DNA of 64,000 nucleotides, from contig JBBIRK010000001.1 of NCBI GenBank assembly GCA_037441845.1, positions 1-64,000 of the forward strand, in the 5' to 3' direction. Numbering within the stretch: position 1 is the first letter of the stretch; every line of letters begins with the position of its first letter. Both the position numbers and the translations under genes were made by a program. Shown piece after piece: positions 38,172-48,846 of the stretch. The notes beneath the pieces were generated by a model. That model did not search any database, was not told where the DNA came from, and worked only from the letters and a program-made list of their open reading frames with translations. This stretch comes from Candidatus Zixiibacteriota bacterium. Lineage in GTDB: Bacteria > Zixibacteria > MSB-5A5 > UBA10806 > 4484-95.

Positions 38172-39974
38172 ATGCGCTTTATATTACTTCAACTGATATC
38201 GATTTTCTTGATTGCGGCATTTTCCGCAGCGGGTCGCTGCCAGGATATATACCAGTCGGCCGCCCAGGGCTTGAAACGGGCTGTGGCCGAGTTCGAATCC
38301 GGAAGATATGGCGAGGCTTACCGGCATTTCGATCGATTGGCCGAGCTTTACCCGCTCGACGAACACCAGTCGATTTTCCAGTATATGGCTGCCAAATCGC
38401 TTTATTATGACGGCCGTTATGAAGCTGCGAACGAAAGGATAAGAAGATTCGCCAAGAATTTTCCGGGGTCGTCGTTGATTCCGGCGGGGAATCTGATAGC
38501 GGCCGCAAGCAAGTATGCGCTGGGGGATTTGCTGGGAAGCGCCGCCAAATATCTTGAGATTATCGATTCTTCAGGATCGCCGGAGATCAAGGCGATCGCC
38601 AGAAAAAACCTGCTTTCCATGCTGCAGACCGAGCTGAAAGCGAAAGAGTTATTGCAGCTGGCTTTAGCCAATGAACAAAGCCGGATGGCCGAAGAAATTC
38701 ATTACTATGCCTGTGCCAGACTGATTCAAATTAAAGATTACGAAAGCGCGATTACGAATATTGAAGCGTATTTGACCAGATATCCCAATGGAAAATTTCG
38801 GCAAAGCTTAATCGGCATGCTCGATCTCGCTCGGAGTGAAACGGTGAGCAAAATCATAATCGGGGTGCTGGCACCACTTGGCGGGATCTATGGCGAATTC
38901 GGCAGAAATCTCGTTGACGGCGTCAATCTGGCGTTCGAGAATTTTTCTTTGGGTGGCAAGAAAGTACAATTACTGGTCAAAGACACTGAAGGATCCCCGG
39001 TGCAGGCGGTGCAAGCGGCCAGAGAATTGATGAGTGCAAATCCTGCGGCCATTATCGGGCCTCTCCGCTCGGAAACGGCGGTGGGCGCTGCGACGGCGGT
39101 TAGTCACAGCGGCATTCCAATGATTCTACCGACGGCATCGGAAAAAGACCTCGCTTTGCTTGGAGACAATGTTTTCCAGCTGTCGCCGCCGGCCGAGGAA
39201 TTGGCTGCAGCGGTGGCAGAATACGCCGTGACGAAACTGGGCCTTAAAGAGTTCGGAATCATAGCACCTTCGGATATGGCCGGCCGGCAGGTGACGACGG
39301 CCTTCGCCGATAAGGTCTATGAACTCGGCGGTCAAGTCGTGGCGATAACCTACTACGAGGCTGAACAGACAGACTTCACCCAACAGATAAAACCGTTGCG
39401 CGATGCTTTACTTATAAAAGCGGAGGAGTTGCTGGCGGTCGGCCAGGCGGATTCAGATCTATACTACGATTCATTGAATCAAAAATGGCTCGATCAGAAG
39501 GACTGGAGGGTATTTCTCGATGGGTTGTTTTTGCCCGGTTATGCGGAAGAACTGGCCATGCTCGTGCCTCAGATAAGATACAACGTTATCACGACCAAGT
39601 ATTTCGGGCTTTACGGCTGGGATTCGCAGGCGCTGATCGATAGAATCGGCGACTATATTGAGGGGGCCATTTTCGCCGCCGATTTTCATTTGGATGAAAA
39701 AAACGAAAATTGGCGGAAATTCACCCGGCAATTCGAAAGCAAATATAACCGAAAACCGGATAGGATAGCCGGTCTTGCTTACGACGCTGCAGCCATCATC
39801 AAAGAGGCGATCGAGCAGGGCAACGTGGATGCCCACGATATTCTCGATCATATCCGCGCAATAACAAATCACGACGGGGTCGTGGGCAGAATCGATTTCA
39901 AGGGAGGAAGCCGCATCAATTCCTCCGTTGAAATATGTCAGATACGCCGCGGCGGCATAGAGAAGGTGCGCTGA
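38172..39974 (+). CDS. Secreted TPR plus periplasmic-binding-fold protein (LpoA/PBP activator-like)
   Basis: Signal peptide, TPR-like helices (YP/FP turns), IGVLAPL, KDT, IIGPL, AYDA, GVVG.I.F. Confidence 0.75.
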   Translation: MRFILLQLISIFLIAAFSAAGRCQDIYQSAAQGLKRAVAEFESGRYGEAYRHFDRLAELYPLDEHQSIFQYMAAKSLYYDGRYEAANERIRRFAKNFPGSSLIPAGNLIAAASKYALGDLLGSAAKYLEIIDSSGSPEIKAIARKNLLSMLQTELKAKELLQLALANEQSRMAEEIHYYACARLIQIKDYESAITNIEAYLTRYPNGKFRQSLIGMLDLARSETVSKIIIGVLAPLGGIYGEFGRNLVDGVNLAFENFSLGGKKVQLLVKDTEGSPVQAVQAARELMSANPAAIIGPLRSETAVGAATAVSHSGIPMILPTASEKDLALLGDNVFQLSPPAEELAAAVAEYAVTKLGLKEFGIIAPSDMAGRQVTTAFADKVYELGGQVVAITYYEAEQTDFTQQIKPLRDALLIKAEELLAVGQADSDLYYDSLNQKWLDQKDWRVFLDGLFLPGYAEELAMLVPQIRYNVITTKYFGLYGWDSQALIDRIGDYIEGAIFAADFHLDEKNENWRKFTRQFESKYNRKPDRIAGLAYDAAAIIKEAIEQGNVDAHDILDHIRAITNHDGVVGRIDFKGGSRINSSVEICQIRRGGIEKVR

Positions 39975-40107
39975 TTATCTCGCCGCGATTGAAAAATGAA
40001 ACGGGACCTTGCCCGCTGACGGGAATCGAAATCGCGGGTTATCGCCGTCGTTTTTGAGAACAAATTCCGAATGCACCGGCGGATTTGCCGCCTGAAAGGA
40101 CAACGCC

Positions 40108-40314
40108 ATGACCCAACCGGAAAAGCGAATCGCCCTGACCATCCATTACGGCGACCAAAAAAGGGAAATTACGTTCGATGAGCTGACGCTTTCCAACAAC
40201 CTTGCCCTTGAAGCCTTGGTGAAGGTGTTGGCCGACAACAAAGTCATCGATGTCAATGAATTGAAGCAGGCGATGGAGAAAATACGCCAAGAAAGGTATG
40301 AAAGCCCCAAATAA
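40108..40314 (+). CDS. Small hypothetical protein
   Basis: AAAGGA SD; overlaps the next gene. Confidence 0.7.
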   Translation: MTQPEKRIALTIHYGDQKREITFDELTLSNNLALEALVKVLADNKVIDVNELKQAMEKIRQERYESPK

Positions 40315-40759
40315 TCGATCGGAAAACGATCCGGTTAATCTCCCCGATTGCTTGAGCTGGACGTGCCATCCAGCGAGCATAAAAAGGAAAGCCGCCGTTC
40401 TAACGATACTTTTCGTGACCGCGGTTCTGGTGATCGTATATCTGGTGACACGATCGCCTTATATGGTTTTTCTGGCTGTGCTTTTGTTCACGGGATCTCT
40501 ATCGACGTTCTTCTTTCCGACGCGCTACGAGATAGATAGAAACGAAATCAGAGTGAAATATCTTTTTACCAATATCGAAAAGGACATGGCATCTTTTCGA
40601 TCATATTATCCCGATAAGAACGGGGTGCTTCTTTCTCCGTTCCCCAGGCCGTCGAGATTGGAAAATTTCCGCGGTCTATATGTGAGATATCATCGGAACA
40701 AAGCCGAGGTGGACGCTTTCATAGCCAAATTATTCGCCGAAAGATCGCATGGGAATTAA
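40298..40759 (+). CDS. Hypothetical 2-TM protein with a PH-like C-terminal region
   Basis: TM hairpin, then FFPTRY...LSPF.RPSRLENFRG; overlaps both neighbours. Confidence 0.75.
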   Translation: MKAPNNRSENDPVNLPDCLSWTCHPASIKRKAAVLTILFVTAVLVIVYLVTRSPYMVFLAVLLFTGSLSTFFFPTRYEIDRNEIRVKYLFTNIEKDMASFRSYYPDKNGVLLSPFPRPSRLENFRGLYVRYHRNKAEVDAFIAKLFAERSHGN

Positions 40760-41171
40760 GGATGTTTTCAGCATACCGGGCGGCAAAAACGATGATTCCA
40801 CCAAACCCACGCCCGAGGAACAAGAACTGATGGACCGGATCGCCAAACGGATCGTCAAATGGGGAATGACCGTTCCGGCGATCATGTTTCTCGAATCGGT
40901 AAAGCCGCTTAATTATATCGGTTCGCAGGTGATGGTATTTTTCGAGCCGTTCGTGGGGGCGATTTTCGACCTGAAAGATTACAGCCTGTTTCAACGGATG
41001 ATGGAAAAGCGGCATAACCTGGAAAATCTCTTGCTTACGATCGAGAAATTCGACGCCGAAGCGTTAGCCAACGAGAGGCAATTGAAACAACAGCGCAAAC
41101 GATCGGCGGGGACCGAACGCAAATCCATCATGCGCAGATTGGCATTCTGGAAAAAAACCGACGCCCGATAA
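40749..41171 (+). CDS. Hypothetical protein
   Basis: PAIMFLESVKPLNYIGSQ..FFEPF; basic C-terminal tail. Confidence 0.75.
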   Translation: MGIKDVFSIPGGKNDDSTKPTPEEQELMDRIAKRIVKWGMTVPAIMFLESVKPLNYIGSQVMVFFEPFVGAIFDLKDYSLFQRMMEKRHNLENLLLTIEKFDAEALANERQLKQQRKRSAGTERKSIMRRLAFWKKTDAR

Positions 41172-41260
41172 AGCACTCTTCAACGGAAACAATCAAATTA
41201 TATCCGCATAAAATCAAGAGGATTTTAGCCCGATCCGATAGCGTCGCGAAACCGAAAAGG

Positions 41261-42058
41261 CTATAGCGATGGACGTAATTTAAGAACTTCCAGCATTTCT
41301 TGATGAATCAGACCGTTGCTGGCCACTATTTCGCCTTTATGAATACTTGACCGATTGCCGTCGAAATCGCTGAGCCTGCCGCCGGCCTCGGTAACCAGCA
41401 GCATTCCAGCGGCGATATCCCATGCCGATAGTTTATGCTCCCAGAAACCATCGAACCGCCCGCAGGCGACATAAGCCAGGTCGAGAGCGGCTGATCCAGC
41501 CCGCCTCACTCCTTGCGAAGATTTATAGAATCTGGCGAAATTGGCGAGATTATCGTCATCTGTTCGCCGGATGTCGTATGGAAAGCCCGTTGCCAGAAGC
41601 GAATCGCTCAGCTTGGCGATTGCCGACACGCCTATCGACTTCTGATTCAGGAATGCCCCTTCGCCGGCAACCGCGGTGAAGCACTCGTCGAGATTCGGAT
41701 TGAAAATGCAGGCCGCTTTCAGCTCATTACCCTGCGCCACCGCGATCGACACGCAAAAATGCGGCAGGCCGTGCGCGAAGTTGGTGGTACCATCCAGAGG
41801 ATCCACGATCCAGATATAACCGGAACGTCCTTCGCTCGAGGTTCCTTCCTCGGCCAGGAACTGATCATCGGGAAAAGCCGAACTGATAATGTCAAAAATC
41901 ATCCGCTCCGAACGGCGATCGGCCTCGGTTACCAGATTCACCTCGCCCTTAAAATCGATAGCATGGTGTTCAGTCAGCGATTCAATCAGATAGCGACCGC
42001 CGGCCCGCGCCGCCTTTGTCGCCGTTTCCAGCCTTCGTCTGAGATCACCTTCCGGCAA
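41261..42058 (-). CDS. suhB: Inositol monophosphatase family protein
   Basis: LVTEAD, AEE, WIVDPLDGTTNF, GSAALD, WDIAAG...EAGG; TTG start with AGGAG SD. Confidence 0.92.
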   Translation of the reverse strand: MPEGDLRRRLETATKAARAGGRYLIESLTEHHAIDFKGEVNLVTEADRRSERMIFDIISSAFPDDQFLAEEGTSSEGRSGYIWIVDPLDGTTNFAHGLPHFCVSIAVAQGNELKAACIFNPNLDECFTAVAGEGAFLNQKSIGVSAIAKLSDSLLATGFPYDIRRTDDDNLANFARFYKSSQGVRRAGSAALDLAYVACGRFDGFWEHKLSAWDIAAGMLLVTEAGGRLSDFDGNRSSIHKGEIVASNGLIHQEMLEVLKLRPSL

Positions 42059-43838
42059 CCGACAACTCCTGATCACGATATTGCAATTGATACAATCGAT
42101 AATAGATGCCTTTGTTTTGCAAGAGTTCCGCGTGGGAACCGATTTCTCTTATCCGGCCTTTATGCAAAACGATAATGCGGTCGGCATCTTTGATTGTCGA
42201 TAGGCGGTGGGCGACAATAATGGAAGTGCGACCCTCGAACAGCTTTTTCAAGGCGTTCTGAATCACGATTTCCGTTTCCATATCGACCGACGAGGTGGCT
42301 TCATCGAGAATAAGAATTGCGGGATCGAATGCGAGCGCCCTGGCGAAAGCGATAAGCTGCTTCTGGCCCACCGATAAATTAAGCCCCCGTTCGCGCAGCT
42401 GATGGGCATAGCGATCTTCAAATTTCTCGATGAAGCCGTGAGCGCCTATCTTGATCGCCGCGTTTTTCACGATCTCCAACGAAATATCATCGGAGTCGAG
42501 GCGAATGTTTCTTTCGATGCTTCCCGAAAAAAGAAAAACGTCTTGAAGCACGAGGGCGATATTTCGGCGCAGGCTTTTTTCGGGGAGGTTCTTTATCGAT
42601 ATACCATCGACGAGTATGTCGCCGCGGTCGAATTCGTAAAAACGACAAAGCAAACTGATGAGAGTGGTCTTGCCGGATCCGGTGGCTCCTACAATTGCCA
42701 CCTTCTCGCCTGCTTTCACGTGAAGATTGATATCTTTGAGTATCTCGACACCCGGAGTATAGGCGAAATTCAGGTCTTTGAATTCAATTTCACCCTTAAA
42801 CCGCCGTAAGTCACCGTTGCCCTTGGGATTTATTATCGACGATTCGGTGTCGAGCAGCTTGAATATCCTTTCGGATGAAGCCATGGCCGATTGCAGTATG
42901 TTGTATTTTTCCGAAAGGTCTCTTATCGGCTGGAAAAAGCGATCGGCATATTGAATGAACGCGACCAGCGCGCCTAAGGTCAACGTTCCGGTCAGTATGC
43001 GGGAGCCGCCGTAGCCGATGATAATCGCCAGCGCAATCGCCCCGATCAATTCGATGACCGGAAAAAAGACTGAGTAATAGAAGACCCCTCGCAAGTGGGC
43101 GTTTCGCAACTGGCTGTTCAAAGCGTCATAATCGTCTCTGACTTTATTTTCCACGGCGAAACTCTGAACCACGCTGATTCCGGAAATATGTTCCTGCAAG
43201 TACGAGTTGATTTTGGCAGTCCAGGAGCGGACATCGCGATACGATTGTCTCACTTTCGATCGGAACACCGCCGTGGCGATCACGATCAGGGGCAAAACCA
43301 AGAACACCATGAGCGCGAGTTCGGCATTAAGCGCCAGCATTATGACCACTATTCCGATCAGCATAAAGATATCGCCGAAAACCGCCACCACGCCCGAGGT
43401 GAACATTTCGTGAAGCACCTGAATATCGCTGGTGATCCGGGTCATCGTTCGACCAACAGGATTTCGATCGTAATAGGAAAGATCAAGGTGCATAACATGT
43501 CGGAACAGCTGCAAACGCAAATCGCGCATCGCCATCTGTCCCACATACTGCATCAAATAAACCTGGGCATATTGCAACGAAAATCCAACCGCTACGACCG
43601 CCAAAAACAGGAGAATGATTCGAAACAATCCGGCAGAGTCTTTATGGCCTATATAGTTATCGATAGCTATTTTTGTAAGATACGGTCCGGAAAGCTGAGC
43701 CAGCGACGAAGCAAGCAATATCAGCACGCTCAAGGCGATAAGCCAGGAATAAGGCTTAAGATAAGAAAGAAGACGCTTCATCAAGCGCGAATCGTACGCT
43801 TTGCCCAGAACTTCATCGTCATGAAACGAGTCGGTCAT
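42045..43838 (-). CDS. ABC exporter permease/ATPase, MdlB/YheH-like half
   Basis: 6 TM; GATGSGKT, LSVGQKQ (degenerate signature), LDEATS, AHRLST. Confidence 0.93.
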   Translation of the reverse strand: MTDSFHDDEVLGKAYDSRLMKRLLSYLKPYSWLIALSVLILLASSLAQLSGPYLTKIAIDNYIGHKDSAGLFRIILLFLAVVAVGFSLQYAQVYLMQYVGQMAMRDLRLQLFRHVMHLDLSYYDRNPVGRTMTRITSDIQVLHEMFTSGVVAVFGDIFMLIGIVVIMLALNAELALMVFLVLPLIVIATAVFRSKVRQSYRDVRSWTAKINSYLQEHISGISVVQSFAVENKVRDDYDALNSQLRNAHLRGVFYYSVFFPVIELIGAIALAIIIGYGGSRILTGTLTLGALVAFIQYADRFFQPIRDLSEKYNILQSAMASSERIFKLLDTESSIINPKGNGDLRRFKGEIEFKDLNFAYTPGVEILKDINLHVKAGEKVAIVGATGSGKTTLISLLCRFYEFDRGDILVDGISIKNLPEKSLRRNIALVLQDVFLFSGSIERNIRLDSDDISLEIVKNAAIKIGAHGFIEKFEDRYAHQLRERGLNLSVGQKQLIAFARALAFDPAILILDEATSSVDMETEIVIQNALKKLFEGRTSIIVAHRLSTIKDADRIIVLHKGRIREIGSHAELLQNKGIYYRLYQLQYRDQELSVAGR

Positions 43839-44428
43839 CAAGTCATCCCGTTCTTTTCTGAAAGCGAAATTCGGCCTATCATTTCGAAGTAGCAGCGGGT
43901 GATGAATTCACGATATCGGAATCCGGCGGTGTTCAATTTGAGCAGGATATCGTTGAATCGGAGGATTTCGGCCATGGTTACGAAACGAGCCTCGCGTATT
44001 TCCCTCAGATCCTTGGGGGCGATTTCCCCGGAAACATATTCGGCCGAAAAAATATGCGATGTCCAGTCGATAAATCGGTTCTCGGAATAAAATCTGCAGG
44101 TCGTCCGTAGGACGTATCGCGTCGGCTCGATCAAGACGCCGGTTTCCTCGAAAGCCTCCCTTATCGCCCCTTCGGCGAGGGCCTCTCCCCTTTTGGCCGC
44201 ACCCGAGGGCGCCCGGAAAAGCGAACGCGGATAAAAATGTTTGGCGATGAATAGATAACGATCGTTCTTGCGGATCATTATCGTTATATCATGCGCCCGT
44301 CCGTCGCGCTGGCTCTCCCCTATTCTCGCGAGCTCTTTTTCCGCCGCGGCGATAGCGGTGGAAATCTCGATCGGCTTTCCGAACCTGCGTTCGGTATCCG
44401 CAACGATCTCCGGAGTCACGTAAGTCAA
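43838..44428 (-). CDS. NUDIX hydrolase
   Basis: Nudix box G...GE....GAIREAFEETG; TTG start overlapping the upstream TGA. Confidence 0.8.
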   Translation of the reverse strand: MTYVTPEIVADTERRFGKPIEISTAIAAAEKELARIGESQRDGRAHDITIMIRKNDRYLFIAKHFYPRSLFRAPSGAAKRGEALAEGAIREAFEETGVLIEPTRYVLRTTCRFYSENRFIDWTSHIFSAEYVSGEIAPKDLREIREARFVTMAEILRFNDILLKLNTAGFRYREFITRCYFEMIGRISLSEKNGMT

Positions 44429-46167
44429 ATCGTCTCCAACTCCTGCTCGATAAGTTGCCGCTCGTGCAACATCGAATAAAGTCCGCCTTTGGCAAGCAGT
44501 TCGTCGTGGACGCCGCCTTCGATGATCTTGCCCTGATCGAGTACGTAAATCATATCGCAATTTTTCACGGTGGAGATGCGATGAGAGATCATGATCACGG
44601 TGCAATCGGCGAGCGCATCGGCGAATTTGTTCAAGATATTCTCCTCGGTCGAGGTATCCACCGAGGAAAATGCATCGTCGAGAATTACGATTTTGGGGTT
44701 GATCGCCAGAGCTCGGGCCAAAGCCAGCCGTTGTTTTTGACCGCCCGAAAGAGTGATTCCCCGCTCGCCGATAAGGGTTTCGTAGCCATTCTCGAAAGCG
44801 TTGATATCCTCCGCAATGGATGCGGTGACGGCAAATTTAACCGGATCCGCCGCGTCGGATTTCGCCCCGAATCCGATGTTGTTTTTTATCGAGGTCGAAA
44901 AAAGAAACGGCTCCTGGCTGACAAGTCCTATTTGCGATCTGAGGGCGGCCGGATCATAGCGGTTTATATCAACGCCATCGATGAATAACATGCCGTCTTC
45001 GACCGGATACAACTTCGGAATCAGCGAAATCAGTGTCGATTTTCCGGATCCGGTGCGGCCGACCAACGCCACCCGGCTGCGCGCCGGTATTTTCATATTT
45101 ATTCCACTTAACACCGGTTTGCCGTTGTAGGCAAAATGAAGGTTACGGAACTCGATATCTCCTCTTATGGCATGCGTTATGGCGCAGGTCGGCGGAAATA
45201 TCAACGGCCGGCTGTTGAAAACCTCGGCTATTCTTTTCATGGAGGCCATTCCCCGCTGATATAATCCAGCCACCCAGCCGAGGGCGGCCATCGGCCAGAG
45301 CAAAATCATCAGGTATGAGGCGAATGCGACCAGATCGCCTAACGTGCTGGTGCCTTTAATCACCTGGCCGCCGCCGATCCAGAGCACAAGGGCGATCGAA
45401 ACTCCCGCCAGGCCGAAGATAATGGGAAAGAAAAGCCCCCAGACGCGGATCATGTCGAGGTTACGTTTGATAAATTCACCGTTGATACCCGCGAAGCGCC
45501 GCCAGGCGTTGTCCTCCTGAACATAAGCCTTGATGACTCTGATGCCGGACAAGTATTCCTGCACCTCCGTGGTGAGGGCGGAATACTGCTCCTGAATCCG
45601 CGAATAATGTCTATGGACTTTGCGGCCGAGAAAATAGGTGGAGATCGATATCAGGGGCAACGGCGAAATCGATATCAAAGTCAGAATTGGATTTATCACC
45701 AACATCATCGCCAGCGCCAAGGTGAAGGTAAACACGGTATTGGTGAAATACATGATCCCCGGACCTATCATATTCCTCACGGCTTCAAGATCGTTGGTCG
45801 CCCTGGCCATGATATCGCCGGTGGGCGTCTTATCAAAATACGGACGATCGAGAGTCAGAATTTTATCGAAATAGTCGCGGCGAAGGTCATATTCAATTTT
45901 GCGCGATGCCACAATCATCGTCTGACGCATGAAAAACAGAAATACACCCTGAATCAAGGTCGATAACACTATAATAACCGCATAGCGGACCAGCTTGCCG
46001 ATATCGACGCCGGTATTCAGAGAATCGACCGCCTGTCGCAGCACCCATGGCACCACCATGGAAAACGAAACGGATAAAATTACGGCGCCCAGCCCGAGCA
46101 ACCAGCGCATGCGATAGCGCAGGATATATTCCAGAATTAATTTGCCTGCGGTTTTCTGCATCTCCAT
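44425..46167 (-). CDS. ABC exporter permease/ATPase, MdlA/YheI-like half
   Basis: 6 TM; GRTGSGKST, LSGGQKQR, LDDAFS (non-canonical Walker B), SHRIST. Confidence 0.93.
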   Translation of the reverse strand: MEMQKTAGKLILEYILRYRMRWLLGLGAVILSVSFSMVVPWVLRQAVDSLNTGVDIGKLVRYAVIIVLSTLIQGVFLFFMRQTMIVASRKIEYDLRRDYFDKILTLDRPYFDKTPTGDIMARATNDLEAVRNMIGPGIMYFTNTVFTFTLALAMMLVINPILTLISISPLPLISISTYFLGRKVHRHYSRIQEQYSALTTEVQEYLSGIRVIKAYVQEDNAWRRFAGINGEFIKRNLDMIRVWGLFFPIIFGLAGVSIALVLWIGGGQVIKGTSTLGDLVAFASYLMILLWPMAALGWVAGLYQRGMASMKRIAEVFNSRPLIFPPTCAITHAIRGDIEFRNLHFAYNGKPVLSGINMKIPARSRVALVGRTGSGKSTLISLIPKLYPVEDGMLFIDGVDINRYDPAALRSQIGLVSQEPFLFSTSIKNNIGFGAKSDAADPVKFAVTASIAEDINAFENGYETLIGERGITLSGGQKQRLALARALAINPKIVILDDAFSSVDTSTEENILNKFADALADCTVIMISHRISTVKNCDMIYVLDQGKIIEGGVHDELLAKGGLYSMLHERQLIEQELETI

Positions 46168-46257
46168 GCCCAATATAAATCTCAATAATGCACCGCCGGT
46201 TTCCTATTGTCAAGCGAGTCGGTCGATGCGGATGAATCGACCGTTCGGTGAATTGCT

Positions 46258-46286
46258 TTGACAGCAATGATGACGCCCGATATTTT
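46258..46286 (+). promoter_or_regulatory. Sigma70-type promoter; a divergent TTGACA lies at 46208-46213 on the minus strand
   Basis: TTGACA-17nt-TATTTT. Confidence 0.6.
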
Positions 46287-46310
46287 GATTTTGGGAGAAA
46301 TTGATCGGCG

Positions 46311-48842
46311 ATGAGAATAGATCACAAAAATCGGCTTTGGGATATTCTCGAAAGGTCGGTACTGCCGTTCGTCAGCAAGCCGGGAAGATATGTCGGGAAC
46401 GAATTCAACGTTATTGTCAAACGACATTCAGGCAGATTGAAAATCGCTCTCGCTTTCCCCGATATTTACGAGGTGGGTTCGTCCTATCTCGGTCTGCAAA
46501 TTCTTTATCACTTGATAAACAAACGAGATGACTGCCTTGCCGAAAGGGTATTCCAAGTTTGGCCGGATATGGAGGCAAGACTAAGGCAGCTTAATCTCCC
46601 GCTATTCAGCCTTGAGACGACTACGCCGCTTGAAGAATTCGATATTATCGGCTTTTCGGTTACTTACGAAATGCACGCGACCGGAATCCTCAATATGCTG
46701 GATCTGGCGAGAATTCCCCTTTGGGCATCGGATAGAGACGAACGGCATCCACTGATTATCGCCGGCGGACCGGCCATCGTAAATCCGGAGCCTCTGGCTT
46801 CCTTCTTCGACGCCATGTTCGTGGGGGACGCCGAGGAGACTATCGACGAACTGCTCGACGTCTTGATTCGGAACAAAGGCAACGGGCGTCGGGATACCCT
46901 GGCCGCGCTGGCAGTATTACCGGGAATGTATATACCGTCACTACAACATGGCGAACATGGGGCGGAAAGCATTCTACGGGACCCGATCGACCCGGCAAAA
47001 TCGACCGCCAAAGTGAAAATTCAATCGTGTAGAAAATTGAAAGCCGAGTATTATCCTTCAAGGCCGCTGGTACCGTTTTTGGAAATCACCCACGACCGCC
47101 TTTCTATCGAGATCATGCGGGGATGCGTCAGGGGCTGCAGATTCTGCCAGGCCGGATATCAATATCGCCCCCGCCGCTATAGGCCGGCATCTGAAATAAT
47201 GGCACAGGCGGCTGAAACGTTAAGAAATACTGGTTACGATGAGCTGACGCTATTGTCTTTATCATCGACCGATTATCCGGGACTGGAAACCTTGCTTCAG
47301 TCTCTTTCGGATATGGCTGATCGAGAGGGATTCTCGATATCGTTGCCATCTCTACGGCCGGGGACTTTGAACAGCACGATACTGAGAATCTTGAAGGCCG
47401 GCAGAAAAGGAGGCTTGACATTCGCTCCGGAGGCCGGGACCCAGCGGCTGCGGAATATACTGGGCAAGGATATAACCGAAGATGAAATTATGGGAGGAAT
47501 GAGACTGGCTTTCGCCGAAGATTGGCGGCTGGTCAAACTTTATTTCATGATCGGGTTGCCCGGGGAAACCGAGACCGATATCGAGGGAATTGCCGAACTT
47601 TTGAAAAAAATCAGCGCGGTCGCCCGCCAAGCCGGCAGAAACAGAAAAATCAACGTCACTATTTCCCCGTTTTGCCCCAAACCCGGCACACCCTGGCAGT
47701 GGGAAAAACAGCTGTCTGCCGAAGAAATCGACACCCTCTACCGAAAGCTAAGGCAACTTGTCAAATCGAGAAACGTGTTTCTCAAATTCCGCAATCCGGA
47801 ATTGGCCGTCCTCGAGGGAATACTGGGCCGCGGCGATCGGCGGATCAGCGAGGTGATTTTTGAAGCCTTCAAGAACGGTTCACGCCTGGACGGCTGGAGC
47901 GAGCATTTTCGGTTCGAGCATTGGCGAAAAGCTTTCGATAAAACGGGAATAGATCCTCAGGAATATCTCAAAGAAAAAAATCCTGCCGAGGTCCTGCCCT
48001 GGGATCATATCGAAAAAGGAATTCCGAAAAGATACCTTCTTTGGGAACGGGAAAAGGCGATGGCCGAAATGCCGGTGTACAAAAGGAAAATCGGCTTCCC
48101 CGGGACGGCGCTGAAAACCGACGATCATTTCGGACGCATTCCCCGGCCGCGAAAATACGAAAAGGCGTTGGCTGCGATTTTTCGGACGAGAGTGAAGTTC
48201 GCCCGTGATGAAAGATTGAAATATTATTCGCATCTCGATATCATGCGGGCGCTTCAAAGAGCCATAAAAAGAGCCGATCTGCCGGTGGCATTAAGTCATG
48301 GCCACAACAAACATATGAAGCTTGCTTTCGGACACCCTCTTCCCCTCGGTTACGTTTCAAAAGCGGAATATTTCGATCTTCAGACTGAGAAACCGCTCGA
48401 TACCGAAAGCATAGTCAGGTTGAAGAATAATTTGCCGGAGGGGTTCTCGCTGGAAGCGACGAGATTTTTCACCGGCGATGGTATCCCGCTGGTGAGGGCG
48501 GTCAACCTGATATGCTATCGCGTATATCTTGATGTGAACGAAGGCATTAGCGAGCAGCGGATAACCTCGTTAAGGGAATCGCAGGAACTTATCGTAAGGA
48601 GGGACCGGCCCAAAGGCCCTTGCTCGATTTCCGCCCGGGAATTGCTCCTGTCGATACGGCTCGTTGATGAAGGAATCGAGATGGAATTGGCTGTTGCCGA
48701 GGATAAAAACCTGCGGCCGTCGGAAGTATTGATATATGGTTTAGGATTTACGGCCGAAAAGGTATTGCCGATGATAATCGAGAGAACCGGGCAATATCAT
48801 CTGCAGGGAATACATAGGGTCGATCCGCTACAACTCGTTTGA
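46311..48842 (+). CDS. TIGR03960-type B12-binding radical SAM protein fused to a TIGR03936/DUF2344 domain
   Basis: KPGRYVGNE, FPDIYEVG, CVRGCRFC, TFAPEAG, YFMIGLP; C-terminal SHLD..R...RA, AFGHPLPLG..S.AEYFD. Confidence 0.88.
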   Translation: MRIDHKNRLWDILERSVLPFVSKPGRYVGNEFNVIVKRHSGRLKIALAFPDIYEVGSSYLGLQILYHLINKRDDCLAERVFQVWPDMEARLRQLNLPLFSLETTTPLEEFDIIGFSVTYEMHATGILNMLDLARIPLWASDRDERHPLIIAGGPAIVNPEPLASFFDAMFVGDAEETIDELLDVLIRNKGNGRRDTLAALAVLPGMYIPSLQHGEHGAESILRDPIDPAKSTAKVKIQSCRKLKAEYYPSRPLVPFLEITHDRLSIEIMRGCVRGCRFCQAGYQYRPRRYRPASEIMAQAAETLRNTGYDELTLLSLSSTDYPGLETLLQSLSDMADREGFSISLPSLRPGTLNSTILRILKAGRKGGLTFAPEAGTQRLRNILGKDITEDEIMGGMRLAFAEDWRLVKLYFMIGLPGETETDIEGIAELLKKISAVARQAGRNRKINVTISPFCPKPGTPWQWEKQLSAEEIDTLYRKLRQLVKSRNVFLKFRNPELAVLEGILGRGDRRISEVIFEAFKNGSRLDGWSEHFRFEHWRKAFDKTGIDPQEYLKEKNPAEVLPWDHIEKGIPKRYLLWEREKAMAEMPVYKRKIGFPGTALKTDDHFGRIPRPRKYEKALAAIFRTRVKFARDERLKYYSHLDIMRALQRAIKRADLPVALSHGHNKHMKLAFGHPLPLGYVSKAEYFDLQTEKPLDTESIVRLKNNLPEGFSLEATRFFTGDGIPLVRAVNLICYRVYLDVNEGISEQRITSLRESQELIVRRDRPKGPCSISARELLLSIRLVDEGIEMELAVAEDKNLRPSEVLIYGLGFTAEKVLPMIIERTGQYHLQGIHRVDPLQLV

Positions 48843-48846
48843 ACAA

